Positions 9,383-19,714 of a DNA stretch of 64,000 bases are shown piece by piece. This stretch comes from an uncultured Clostridia bacterium (lineage in GTDB: Bacteria > Bacillota > Clostridia > TANB77 > CAG-508): positions 7,984-71,983 of the forward strand of contig CALXAA010000007.1 of NCBI GenBank assembly GCA_944386165.1, given 5' to 3'. A program made the translations under genes and the position numbers. Position 1 is the first letter of the stretch, and each line of letters begins with the position of its first letter. The notes beneath the pieces were generated by a model that saw only the letters and a program-made list of their open reading frames with translations, was not told the DNA's origin and did not search any database.

Positions 9383-10055
9383 AACATTCTCCAATTTTAT
9401 AACCTATTCCTCTAACTGTTTTTATTATAATAGGATTTGTAGGATTATCTTCTATTTTTTCTCGTAATCTTTTTATATAAACAGTTAGAGTATTATCATT
9501 AACAAATTCTCCTGCAATATCCCAAATTTCTTCTAGTAATCTACTTCTAGACATAATTTCTCCCTGATGATTTATAAATAGTAAAAGTAATTTATATTCT
9601 AAAGCTGTCAATACAACTTCTTTGTCATTCTTTGATACACTACCTTTTATAGTATCTACCTTTAAATTTGTAATTTTAAAAACTGATGGAGATTTTTTAT
9701 ATCTTCTTAATTGATTTTTTATTCTTGATATGAGTTCTAAAGGCTTAAATGGTTTTGAAATATAATCATCAGCACCAACATCGAAACCTGTTACAATGCT
9801 ATACTCATCTTTCATTGCTGTAAGTATAATAATCGGAATATCAATTTTCTTTTTTATTGAATTACAAATGGAAAATCCATTTCCATCTGGCAATATTAAG
9901 TCTAATAAGATTAAATCAAATTTATTTTTTTCCAACATTTTTTCTAGTTCTGATTGTTTAGATATCGATTCTATAGAAAATCCATTTTCTTTAAGTAAAA
10001 GAGTTAAATTTTCAGTTATTTCTTTGTTATCTTCCACTATTAAAATATGATTCAT
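9369..10055 (-). CDS. OmpR-family response regulator
   Basis: LLDLILPD, DDYISKPF, IKTVRGIGY. Confidence 0.92.
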   Translation of the reverse strand: MNHILIVEDNKEITENLTLLLKENGFSIESISKQSELEKMLEKNKFDLILLDLILPDGNGFSICNSIKKKIDIPIIILTAMKDEYSIVTGFDVGADDYISKPFKPLELISRIKNQLRRYKKSPSVFKITNLKVDTIKGSVSKNDKEVVLTALEYKLLLLFINHQGEIMSRSRLLEEIWDIAGEFVNDNTLTVYIKRLREKIEDNPTNPIIIKTVRGIGYKIGECYESF

Positions 10056-10092
10056 ATCATTTTTTCCACCTTTATTTATTACTTCTTATTTT

Positions 10093-10638
10093 TTACTTTT
10101 TTAAGCATATTTCTAATATCTTTCTCATAGTATTAGCTGTTCTTATTGTTATTGAATTACTAATTTCTGTACTTGCTGTTTTACTCCACCAATTTGATTT
10201 TCTGTAATTTTTTAAATCAAAAGACCAGAAAATATTATTTTTATATTCTTGTATTTTTTCGTATTCATTTGGAGAACCTATTGTTTCAAATACTTCTTTT
10301 GAGGTTGTTGGTGGTATAACAAATATAATATTATTATATATTTCTTTATCGTTCTTTCCCCACCATTCTGGACTATGTTCTAATATTTCTTCTAATTCTT
10401 GCATAGTTAAAATAAAAATAGGTATATCTAAATTAAATTTATTTTTTATCATTAAATGTATGTTATTTGCAATTATACCCTTATCTTCTATATTGCTTTT
10501 GAAAATAATATTTCCACTATTTAGATATGTAATTACTTCATCAAATCCTAAATTTTCAATTTCTTGTTTTAATTCTTTCATGTCAATTTTGTTTTTGCCA
10601 CTTATATTAATTCCTCTTAATAATGCTATATATTTCAT
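10093..10638 (-). CDS. DUF1697 family protein
   Basis: YIALLRGINISGKNKI...TYLNSGN...TIRTANT motifs. Confidence 0.8.
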   Translation of the reverse strand: MKYIALLRGINISGKNKIDMKELKQEIENLGFDEVITYLNSGNIIFKSNIEDKGIIANNIHLMIKNKFNLDIPIFILTMQELEEILEHSPEWWGKNDKEIYNNIIFVIPPTTSKEVFETIGSPNEYEKIQEYKNNIFWSFDLKNYRKSNWWSKTASTEISNSITIRTANTMRKILEICLKK

Positions 10639-10659
10639 AATTCCTCCATTAAATTTGAA

Positions 10660-11136
10660 TTATAATTCTACTAAACTGTTTTCAAAATCTTTAACATAGT
10701 ATTTTATGTTTTTCGTACCTTTTGTGATTATAGTATGTCCTTCTTCTTCAAGTAATCTTCTTTGTAATTCTATTGCTTCAGGATATTTTACATTTAATTC
10801 ACCATCTGATTTCAATGTTCTCCAGTATGGTGTAATATTTTCGTTTCTTTGATAACTAGCCCAAGCTACAATATTAACAAATATTCCTGCCGTCATAGGA
10901 TCAGTAAAATCTGCATTATTTTGTTTTGCAAGATAATCTCTCATTTGTCCTACTGTAATTAGTTTTCCTTTTGGTACTTTCTTCATTAGTTCATCATAGT
11001 AAATTGGTGGTGCAAAAAACATTTTAGTTCCACCATATTTTTTGATTGTTCTTTCATCTGAAACAATTTGAATTTTAGGCATATCCTTATTATTATTCAT
11101 CATAGCATTAAAATCTTTTTTACTTTCATTAGCCAT
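10660..11136 (-). CDS. MGMT/alkyltransferase-like DNA-binding protein
   Basis: VPKGKLIT helix-turn-helix, PYWR motif, LLEEEGH. Confidence 0.7.
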   Translation of the reverse strand: MANESKKDFNAMMNNNKDMPKIQIVSDERTIKKYGGTKMFFAPPIYYDELMKKVPKGKLITVGQMRDYLAKQNNADFTDPMTAGIFVNIVAWASYQRNENITPYWRTLKSDGELNVKYPEAIELQRRLLEEEGHTIITKGTKNIKYYVKDFENSLVEL

Positions 11137-11232
11137 AATATTTTATCTCCTTTTACAAATTAGTTGCCAACATAATACCATAAAAAGCAAAAATATTCTA
11201 TACTTATTTCTAAATATAGAATATTTATAATT

Positions 11233-12378
11233 TTATTTTGCGAATAATACTTTTTCTGATTTATATTGTTTTATAATATGTGCAAATACTAGACTTATAT
11301 AAACTATTGTAGATACAGCCATTAATCCAATATTTAATAAATCTATTGTTCCATTGTTTATATCTGTAAATATCAATGTAAAGTTTAAGAATGGTACTAT
11401 TGAAAGTATTGGTGTTGTTGTTATGCCCATCATAAATGCAATCATACCTGGGAAGAATGATATAAATGTTAATGGTGTTAAAGCACTTTGAGCTTCTTTA
11501 AATGACTTTGATGTACTTGCAATCGCAATACATAAACCACTAATAAAGAATGAGTATGCAATTATTACTATTACTGCAAATAATATTGTTAGTGGAGAAA
11601 ACATTACATCTACTCCTTCATAAATACTAAACATATTCTTTGTAATTATCAATGAAAGTATTGCTAATACTAGACTGATTATTCCTGTGATAATTGATGA
11701 TACAGTAACACCTAAGAACTTACCTACAATTATATCTTTACTTTTTATTGGAAATGTAAGTAGAGTTTCTAATGTTCCTCTTTCTCTTTCACCTGCTGTT
11801 GTATCTGTAGCTGGGTATGTTGCTGAAACAGTTATTGCCATCATTATAAATAAGAAAGCATAGTTTTTAATATAATTTGCAAAGTAATTGTCTTGTTCTA
11901 TAACATTTTCTTCGACTGTTATAATATTTAATACTTCATTTGGATTTATATTGTTCTCTTGTAAATAGCTTTGTTGTAAATATTGTTTATATGTATTAAA
12001 ATATGTATCCATTAAACTACTTGCAAATGTACTATTATCAGAACCGTCTGTATTTATAATATATTTGTTATCTTGTTTTGTTATATATAGGTTAATCTCA
12101 CCATTATCATACTTTTGCTTTAATTCTTCATTTGTTCCATTTATAATTTCAATATTCATTTCTTCAGCAATGCTTTTTTCTGCTTCTGACATTTCATAAG
12201 CAAATCCTATTTTGTTATATTCACTTACATCTTTACTTACTTGTGATTCAAATAAAGCTGACATTCCTATTACTAAAAGTGGTATAAATATTGGTATTAC
12301 AAGCATCATTGCTAATGATTTTTTATCTCTAAATAATTCTCGCAATTCTTTTTTAAATATATTCCATAAATTATTCAT
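11233..12378 (-). CDS. NatB-like ABC-2 permease
   Basis: KKELRELFRDKK, GERERGTLETLL, GKF motifs. Confidence 0.85.
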   Translation of the reverse strand: MNNLWNIFKKELRELFRDKKSLAMMLVIPIFIPLLVIGMSALFESQVSKDVSEYNKIGFAYEMSEAEKSIAEEMNIEIINGTNEELKQKYDNGEINLYITKQDNKYIINTDGSDNSTFASSLMDTYFNTYKQYLQQSYLQENNINPNEVLNIITVEENVIEQDNYFANYIKNYAFLFIMMAITVSATYPATDTTAGERERGTLETLLTFPIKSKDIIVGKFLGVTVSSIITGIISLVLAILSLIITKNMFSIYEGVDVMFSPLTILFAVIVIIAYSFFISGLCIAIASTSKSFKEAQSALTPLTFISFFPGMIAFMMGITTTPILSIVPFLNFTLIFTDINNGTIDLLNIGLMAVSTIVYISLVFAHIIKQYKSEKVLFAK

Positions 12379-13129
12379 AGGCTGAAACACCTCCTATTAA
12401 TGTAAAAAATGCATCTCTTAAATTTGTAGTATTTGTATCTCTCTTTATTTCATCTGGAGTTCCAGTTTTTATAATTTTTCCTTTATTTATCATAATTACT
12501 CTATTACATATATTCTCTGCCTCTTCCATATAATGCGTTGAATATAATATTGTTTTTCCTTTATCTCTTTCTTCTTTTATGAAGTTTAATATAATTTGAC
12601 TAGATATAATATCTAATCCTGTTGTAGCCTCATCTAAAATGTAATATTTAGGATTATGTACTAAACATCTTGCTAAATTTACTTTTTGAGTTTGACCTGT
12701 TGATAGGTTTGCAATTTTGTTATATAAAAATTGTTCCATTCCTAATACTTTTGTAATTTCTTTTATTCTTTTTTCGCTATTTTCCTTATTCACTCCATAT
12801 ATATCACAACACATTTTTAATAATTCATAAGTTGATAAGGTATCATATATCTTTGTATTTCCTGATAAATAAGCTATATTTTGCTTGATTTCAATTTCAT
12901 TATCCTTATAATTCATACCATCAAAACTTATTTTTCCTGTTGTTGGTTCTAATATTCCTGCTATCATTCTTAATAGTGTTGTTTTTCCTGCTCCATTTGG
13001 TCCTAATATTCCTATAATTTCTCCGTCATTTGCTTCAAAGGTGATGTCATTGTCTGCATAAAATTCTTCTTTTTCTTTTTGGTTTCTGTTTCTAACAAAT
13101 TTCTTTGTTATATGCTCTACTGAAATCAT
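12371..13129 (-). CDS. NatA-like ABC ATP-binding protein
   Basis: GPNGAGKTT, LSTGQTQK, LDEATTGLD, STHYMEEAE. Confidence 0.88.
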   Translation of the reverse strand: MISVEHITKKFVRNRNQKEKEEFYADNDITFEANDGEIIGILGPNGAGKTTLLRMIAGILEPTTGKISFDGMNYKDNEIEIKQNIAYLSGNTKIYDTLSTYELLKMCCDIYGVNKENSEKRIKEITKVLGMEQFLYNKIANLSTGQTQKVNLARCLVHNPKYYILDEATTGLDIISSQIILNFIKEERDKGKTILYSTHYMEEAENICNRVIMINKGKIIKTGTPDEIKRDTNTTNLRDAFFTLIGGVSAYE

Positions 13130-13259
13130 CACTTTTCTCCTCCCTCTTCTTATTTTCACAGCAATATTATGGCATATTATAAAATAAAAAACAAGATATT
13201 TGACTAACTATTTTAATGTATTAAAATAGACCAGTTCGTGCGAAACTGATCTATAAAAG

Positions 13260-14921
13260 TTATATTATTTTATTTGCCAATTCATATTGTTTATTATATA
13301 AATATTTATTAGTTATAGCTGTTAATACTATATATAGTATTCCTAATATTCCAGTTCCTAAATATACATTTATATCTTTTAGTAAAAAAACTGTTCCTAC
13401 AATTATTGCAATATTTATCATTGAAAGTAATACCGGAAAAACTAAATTTAAGTTCTGTTTTACTACTGCATATTCAGAATCCCAGTTTAATTTTGGTCTT
13501 TTTAAATCTACTATAATCATTACTAGGCTTTGGAATACCCCCATTATAGTTGCAATAATAAATAATGCAATTAATGTTATGACTGGTAAATGTAAAATAT
13601 ACCCAGCTATTCCCAAAGTGATAATAACAGTTATAATATTCATTATAATATTAGGAATTATTTTATAAATATATTGTTTATATAATGAGACTGGAATATA
13701 TTTTATAAATACAGCATTTTCACCATCTCTTGATATTGCTGTAATTGAAATATATATAAACATTGTAAAAAATTGTATCACTCCTAATATTACACAAACT
13801 ATCATAAAGGTATTTGTAGGCATTTGTTGTAACATTTGTGTAATTTGTTCTAATCTCATTTTATCACTATTAAATCCTGCATAAACTACTACTACCATTA
13901 AAATTGGTATTAATATTGCTGGTAATAAACATTGTACTAAAAACACTGGATTTCTAACCAAGTTTTTAAATTCTTTTCCAATATAACTTTTATATAGTTT
14001 GCTATTTCTATATTCCTTTTGATTTATTTCTTTATTTGAATGAGATGTCCCTCCTCCAAATAAATTTCCTACTAACCCTTTAAAATATATTTTTTGTGCA
14101 ATTATCATATATAAAATAAATCCTACTATTGTAATACCTATTGTTTTTAATACTTCTATTATTGTTGTTAATAAAGATTTTGTTGTTAATGCTTCTATCA
14201 AATAATCTACTGTTGGGATATATCCTTTAACTAATTCTATCATTCCATTTGCTTGTACTACCATTTGTGCCATTTCTTCATTTGTTAAATCTTGTTTCAT
14301 TCCACTTGTTGAAATTGCTAATCCCATTATGATTGCTAAAACTAATAATGTTGCAATTAGTTGAAATTTATTTCTGTTTTTTGTAAGTTTTGCAAAACTC
14401 ATTATAATCATTACTATTATACTAATTAATAATACTGGTAAAATTGGTATTAAAATCACTGCAAATATCATCGTAAAGTAATAAATAATTCCTGCTTTTG
14501 TTAATATTCCATACATTACAAGAGGAATAAGACCTACTAAAAATATAATTAAATATTCAGCAATTAACATTACATTTGTTCTTGCAAGTATAATTTGATA
14601 AGGTTTTAAAGGTAATGGTAATAAATATTCACTATCTTTTGTAAAATATAATACATTTATACTTGAAAATATAGTTTGAACAATTGTTAAACCAAATATC
14701 ATAAATAAGACCATTCCAACAAATACTTTTTCTTGATGTATTGCAATTAATCCATCAAGTAAGTTATATCCTAAAAAGATAATAAGTCCTGCAAAATATA
14801 AAAATAGCAGTCCATATATTATAATTTTGCTTTTTGATTTTGTAGAAATTCCCATTCTTGAATCTATATTAGAAAAGGAATTTTTAAGAAATATCTTTGT
14901 TAATTTTATTACTTTTTTCAT
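13260..14921 (-). CDS. multi-pass ABC transporter permease
   Basis: 553 aa, many TMs, LLPLPLKP, AISRDG and RPKLNWDSE motifs; adjacent to ATPase. Confidence 0.8.
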   Translation of the reverse strand: MKKVIKLTKIFLKNSFSNIDSRMGISTKSKSKIIIYGLLFLYFAGLIIFLGYNLLDGLIAIHQEKVFVGMVLFMIFGLTIVQTIFSSINVLYFTKDSEYLLPLPLKPYQIILARTNVMLIAEYLIIFLVGLIPLVMYGILTKAGIIYYFTMIFAVILIPILPVLLISIIVMIIMSFAKLTKNRNKFQLIATLLVLAIIMGLAISTSGMKQDLTNEEMAQMVVQANGMIELVKGYIPTVDYLIEALTTKSLLTTIIEVLKTIGITIVGFILYMIIAQKIYFKGLVGNLFGGGTSHSNKEINQKEYRNSKLYKSYIGKEFKNLVRNPVFLVQCLLPAILIPILMVVVVYAGFNSDKMRLEQITQMLQQMPTNTFMIVCVILGVIQFFTMFIYISITAISRDGENAVFIKYIPVSLYKQYIYKIIPNIIMNIITVIITLGIAGYILHLPVITLIALFIIATIMGVFQSLVMIIVDLKRPKLNWDSEYAVVKQNLNLVFPVLLSMINIAIIVGTVFLLKDINVYLGTGILGILYIVLTAITNKYLYNKQYELANKII

Positions 14922-14941
14922 TTTACACTTCCCTTCTAATA

Positions 14942-15664
14942 TTATTTTTCTGTTATTTCTAAGAATAGTTCCTCTAGTGATGCATTTTCTTTAAATTTTT
15001 GCTTCATTTCGTCAAATGTTCCTACAAATACTAATTTTCCTTTATTAATAATTCCTACTCTATCACATAACTTTTCTGCCACTTCTAATATATGTGTAGA
15101 GAAAAATACTGTTTTTCCTGACTTTGCGTGTTCTCTCATCATTTCTTTTAAATCATAAGATGATTTTGGATCTAATCCTGTCATTGGCTCATCTAATATC
15201 CAATTTTTAGGTTCTGAAAGTAATGCACCACATATTACTATCTTTTGTCTCATACCATGTGAATAACTTTGTATTTGATTATTTAATTGATTATATATTT
15301 CAAATTTTTTTGTAAGTTCTTCTATCTTTTCTTTTCTCTTATTTTGTGGTACATCATAAACATCTGCCATAAACATTAAATATTCTATTCCTTTTAATTT
15401 TAAAAACATATCTGGACTATCTGGTACAAATCCAAAGTTTTTCTTTGCTTCTAACGGTTCTTTTTTGATGCTTTTTCCATCTATTAAAATATCACCTTCA
15501 TCAATATTTAATATTCCTGTTATCATTCTTATCGTTGTTGTTTTACCAGCACCATTTGGTCCTAAAAATCCAAATATTTCTCCATTTTTAATTTCAAGAT
15601 TTAAGTCATCTACTGACTTTTTTCCTTTCACATAAGATTTTGAAACATTTTTTATTTCAATCAT
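14942..15664 (-). CDS. ABC transporter ATP-binding protein
   Basis: GPNGAGKTT, YSHGMRQK, LDEPMTGLD, STH. Confidence 0.92.
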   Translation of the reverse strand: MIEIKNVSKSYVKGKKSVDDLNLEIKNGEIFGFLGPNGAGKTTTIRMITGILNIDEGDILIDGKSIKKEPLEAKKNFGFVPDSPDMFLKLKGIEYLMFMADVYDVPQNKRKEKIEELTKKFEIYNQLNNQIQSYSHGMRQKIVICGALLSEPKNWILDEPMTGLDPKSSYDLKEMMREHAKSGKTVFFSTHILEVAEKLCDRVGIINKGKLVFVGTFDEMKQKFKENASLEELFLEITEK

Positions 15665-15676
15665 TTTTTGTACCTC

Positions 15677-16306
15677 CTATTTTCTATCTTTATAAAATAA
15701 ATATAATGAATATATTGTAATTAAAACAGCACAAATTATAAGTATTATCATTAATATAAAAGACACTATTGAATTTAGAAATGCTGAAATTATAAATAGT
15801 AGCCCCATTATTACAAAGAAATATCCTGCTGGTCTTTTTACTTTTTCCCAAAAGTCATTTCTCACATAGTACTTTTGTAGTTTATTAATTTCTGTTTTAG
15901 GCATATAATTTCCTATAATCATAAAAATTATCCCCAATGTTATACATACAATTATTCGCATATCCAGTTCAATTCCTGCTCCATAAGCTAACATTGTTAA
16001 ATAACATACCATTCCTATTATGGGTATTATCCATTTATACATTGTTATATATTTCTTGTTTTGCCTTTTTTGTTCCATACAATCACTTGATATACAACAA
16101 ATTATTTGTAATACTGTCATAAGTAGTGGAATACCAAACAAAGCAAATTCTTTTGGAGCAAAACCATTAGGTTCATTGTTTAGTCCAAAATGTACTGCCA
16201 TTTGTTCTGGTAATTGATTATATAAGATTACTCCAAATATTATTGGTGCTATGCACATTAAAGTTGTTATAATTAAAATTTTCCAATCAATCTTTTTCTT
16301 CATCAT
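15677..16306 (-). CDS. SdpI/DUF1648 family immunity-like membrane protein
   Basis: LPEQMAVHFG...PNGF DUF1648 motif, IGNYMPK. Confidence 0.8.
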   Translation of the reverse strand: MMKKKIDWKILIITTLMCIAPIIFGVILYNQLPEQMAVHFGLNNEPNGFAPKEFALFGIPLLMTVLQIICCISSDCMEQKRQNKKYITMYKWIIPIIGMVCYLTMLAYGAGIELDMRIIVCITLGIIFMIIGNYMPKTEINKLQKYYVRNDFWEKVKRPAGYFFVIMGLLFIISAFLNSIVSFILMIILIICAVLITIYSLYLFYKDRK

Positions 16307-16586
16307 TATTATCCCCTTTCATATTTTCTTTTCCAAATTGATAAATCCATACCATTATTTCTTCAAATACTGATGTGTTCAGCTTATAATAAATATATTT
16401 CTTGTATTTTTCTTCCTTTACCAAATCTGCCTTTTTTAAATATGATAAATGATAAGAAACTGTTGAGTTAGTTAAATTAAATTTATTCGCTATATCTCCT
16501 GCTGTCATTTTTTCTTTTTTTAACATTTCTAATATGTTTCTTCTAACAGGATCTGATATAGCTTTTAATGTTTCCGACATTCCCAT
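16287..16586 (-). CDS. SdpR-like ArsR-family autorepressor
   Basis: LKAISDPVRRNIL...STVSYHL...IYYKLNTSVFEE. Confidence 0.85.
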   Translation of the reverse strand: MGMSETLKAISDPVRRNILEMLKKEKMTAGDIANKFNLTNSTVSYHLSYLKKADLVKEEKYKKYIYYKLNTSVFEEIMVWIYQFGKENMKGDNNDEEKD

Positions 16587-16600
16587 TATATTCACCTTCA

Positions 16601-16678
16601 TCATTTCGATATTTCTCGAAATGATTTTACTATTTAATTTTAATAATGTCAATAGTTATTTCGATATTTATCGAAATA
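16601..16678. promoter_or_regulatory. two palindromic ArsR/SdpR operators flanking a sigma-A promoter
   Basis: TCATTTCGA-N6-TCGAAATGA (16601-16624) and TATTTCGAT-N4-ATCGAAATA (16657-16678) either side of minus-strand TTGACA-17-TAAAAT (16652-16624). Confidence 0.7.
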
Positions 16679-16775
16679 TTCTAAAAAAATAAAACAGTTA
16701 TGTTTCAAACTGCTTTATAAACATTTTTTTCATTTTCTCTCTGCAATAGTATATAAATATTTTAAAAAAATAATA

Positions 16776-17264
16776 CTATCTTTCTAATTCTTCTTTTTTG
16801 ACTCTTCCTAGTCTTTTAATTATTTCTTCTATATCGCTAATAAGTAAACCTTCTCCAAGCCCTCTACCATTTCCATTTGAAATTTTTACTAATTTTTTTA
16901 ATAATTTTTCATCATAAGATGGATAAATCTCATCATCTAATATAATAAAATCTTCAACATTTTGATTATCTAATATCCATTGTTTTATTTCTAAACCTCT
17001 TTCGCATTGGATTAATGGAGTTGCTCCTACTAAATAAATTCCATATTTTTCTAATAACTGCTTTAGATATTGTTCATTTTTTGTAAATCTCCATGAAGAA
17101 CTTAGTACAACTTTTGCACCAGTTTCATCTATTGCTTTTTTTAATAATTTTATTTTTTCTACATCTATATGTCTTTCTATACCTTGTATTTCCTGTTTTT
17201 GTGCTCTATCAATATATTCGTCTGAATTTAACACTCCATCAACATCTAAAAAAATAACTTTCAT
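16776..17264 (-). CDS. HAD-superfamily protein (Swiss-army-knife RNA-repair-like HAD domain)
   Basis: FLDVDGVLN, LSSSWR, RGLEIKQW, ILDD. Confidence 0.8.
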   Translation of the reverse strand: MKVIFLDVDGVLNSDEYIDRAQKQEIQGIERHIDVEKIKLLKKAIDETGAKVVLSSSWRFTKNEQYLKQLLEKYGIYLVGATPLIQCERGLEIKQWILDNQNVEDFIILDDEIYPSYDEKLLKKLVKISNGNGRGLGEGLLISDIEEIIKRLGRVKKEELER

Positions 17265-17350
17265 AAAATTCCTTTCTCTATTTGCTTAAAAACATACATA
17301 GAAATATGAGAATCCCATTTAAACTGTGGCATATTTTATAAATTGTAATA

Positions 17351-17863
17351 TTATATTCCAAATTCTTTTGCATATTCTACTACACCAGTTATTTCTACAT
17401 CTGTATTATTTAATTCTATTGCCATAAAATTTTCATTTGGTACTTCAAATGGTGCTTTTATTCCATACTGACTTGCTGGTACATATCCTAACTTTGGATA
17501 ATACCTTTCACTACCTAAAACAATACTATATTGATAGCCTAATTTTTTAGCTTTTTTGTGTCCTTCTTCTATTAATTTCTTTCCTATCCCTTGTTTTTGA
17601 TATTCTGGTAATACTGCAAGTGGTGCTAATGCTAATTCCTCATATTTTCCTATTCTTATTTTTGTAAATAATATGTATCCAACTATTTTGTTGTCATCTA
17701 TTGCTACTAATGATAGTTCTGGAATGAAATTATTGCTTTCTCGTAAATTTACTACTAAATCTTGTTCATTTCCATCACAATGCTCTGCTGACATAAATGC
17801 TTTCTTTATTACATTATATACTTCAGCACAGTCCTTTTTATTCTCTTGTCTTATTTCTAACAT
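17351..17863 (-). CDS. GNAT N-acetyltransferase
   Basis: LAPLAVLPEYQKQGIG, VLGSERYYPKLGY. Confidence 0.88.
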   Translation of the reverse strand: MLEIRQENKKDCAEVYNVIKKAFMSAEHCDGNEQDLVVNLRESNNFIPELSLVAIDDNKIVGYILFTKIRIGKYEELALAPLAVLPEYQKQGIGKKLIEEGHKKAKKLGYQYSIVLGSERYYPKLGYVPASQYGIKAPFEVPNENFMAIELNNTDVEITGVVEYAKEFGI

Positions 17864-18003
17864 TTTTAATCTCCATATAAATTAATATTTTCTACATTTA
17901 GCATTTTACAATAATTTCAGAAAAAAATCTATAATTTTAAACAATTTAGTTATATTTTATTTTCAATTTAATTTTTCAAATAATGACAGAGATGATATAA
18001 TTT

Positions 18004-18555
18004 TTATTCATTACATAAAAACCTATTCCACCACTTTGTTCTAACAAAACATCTATTAAACAACCCAAATAATGCATAACCTATAATAGCTCCAAAAAGA
18101 TTCATTATAATATCATCAATATCAGAAGATCTTCCAGCAAAATATTGAAAAAATTCTATACTAAATGTAATACAAAAAGCAACTAGACTTGTTTTCCAAA
18201 ACTTTCTCATATTTTTAAATACTGTTGGAATAAAAAATCCTAATGGTATAAATAACATAATATTTGGAATCTTCTCAACTACAAACTTGTCAAAACTGTC
18301 AGTGTTTCCAATCCAATTAAATGGTTTTAAATTTATAATGTGTGCTTCTGAATGAAAATTAATAGGCATAAAAAGACATGTAGCAAATATAATTAAAAAT
18401 ATAGAGCAAATTAAACCTATATAACTCATTTGCCTAATTACAGTTTTTCCTTTCTTTTTTAACTCAAATAAAATTGGTAAGTATACAATGCTTATTATAA
18501 TAATAAATATTATTGCTAATCTAACATATGCTTCTATTCTATGCATATGGCTCAT
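18004..18555 (-). CDS. vanZ: VanZ family membrane protein
   Basis: INLKPF, NIMLFIPLGF, IEFFQ, GRSSDIDDIIMN. Confidence 0.8.
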   Translation of the reverse strand: MSHMHRIEAYVRLAIIFIIIISIVYLPILFELKKKGKTVIRQMSYIGLICSIFLIIFATCLFMPINFHSEAHIINLKPFNWIGNTDSFDKFVVEKIPNIMLFIPLGFFIPTVFKNMRKFWKTSLVAFCITFSIEFFQYFAGRSSDIDDIIMNLFGAIIGYALFGLFNRCFVRTKWWNRFLCNE

Positions 18556-18580
18556 CTCCTTTTTTTCATTCTTAATTTTT

Positions 18581-19714
18581 TTATGAACAAATAATTATTG
18601 GTAATCTTTTGCCCAATCTACTTAATAGTTCATTTGTAATAGTACCCGAATTTTGTGCAACTACTTCTGCTTTAATTTGTTTTTCCTCCCCTATTAAAGT
18701 AACAATATCACCATCTTCTATTTTGGTTAAGTTTGATACATCAATTACTAATTGGTCCATACAAATTCTTCCTATTATATTTACATAGTTTCCGTTTACT
18801 AAAACTTTAGCATTTTTACCAGACAAATTTCGTGGATACCCATCTGCATAACCTATTCCAACTGTTGCAATTTTCATAGTTTTATCTGCTTTAAATATTC
18901 TTCCATAACTAACAGATTCTCCTTGAGTTATTTCTTTTATACTCGTTATTCTTGCCTTTAATGATAATACAGGTTTTAAATTAACTTTTGTTTTTGTATT
19001 TTCATATTCATCACTATAGACTCCATACATAATAATTCCTGGTCTTACATAATCACAATTTAATTCTGGATAATTTAATATTCCATAACTTGCTTGTATG
19101 TGTATTTTTCCTGTATCATAGCCTAAATTTTGTAGTGTTTTTATGGTTTCAAAAAAATTTGTTATTTGTTTATTTGTAAATAATTTATCATCTTCTTTTA
19201 AACTATCTGATACACAAAGGTGACTATATGTTCCTAAAATTTCTAAATTTTTCATTTGATAAATTTCAATTAACTTATCAATATTTTTATAGCTTTCTCC
19301 AATTCTATTCATTCCTGTATTAATTTTTATGTGTACTTTCAGTTTTCCTTTTAAATCCATTTGGCTTATTCTTTTGGCATATTCATAATCTACTATTGTT
19401 TGAATTAAATTGTATTTTAATAAATAATCTATATTATTAAAATTAGTATATCCTAATATTAATATATTTCCTTTAATTCCCGCTTCTCGCAAAATTATTC
19501 CTTCTTCTAAAGTTGCAACTGCAAAATCAGTTACTCCTACTTGATTTAATTTTTTAGATATTTCTGTCATTCCATGTCCATAAGCATTTGCTTTTACAAC
19601 TGCCATAATTTTAGTTTGAGTTGGAATTATATTTTTTATTTGTGTTATATTATTTTCTAGATTATCTAAATTAATTTCAATCCATGCTCTGTTTTGTTTT
19701 AAATCTTTTTCCAT
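18581..19714 (-). CDS. vanT: serine racemase VanT catalytic domain (VanTr)
   Basis: RAWIEIN, AVVKANAYGHG PLP lysine, GYADGYPR, GRICMDQ; van-cluster context. Confidence 0.8.
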   Translation of the reverse strand: MEKDLKQNRAWIEINLDNLENNITQIKNIIPTQTKIMAVVKANAYGHGMTEISKKLNQVGVTDFAVATLEEGIILREAGIKGNILILGYTNFNNIDYLLKYNLIQTIVDYEYAKRISQMDLKGKLKVHIKINTGMNRIGESYKNIDKLIEIYQMKNLEILGTYSHLCVSDSLKEDDKLFTNKQITNFFETIKTLQNLGYDTGKIHIQASYGILNYPELNCDYVRPGIIMYGVYSDEYENTKTKVNLKPVLSLKARITSIKEITQGESVSYGRIFKADKTMKIATVGIGYADGYPRNLSGKNAKVLVNGNYVNIIGRICMDQLVIDVSNLTKIEDGDIVTLIGEEKQIKAEVVAQNSGTITNELLSRLGKRLPIIICS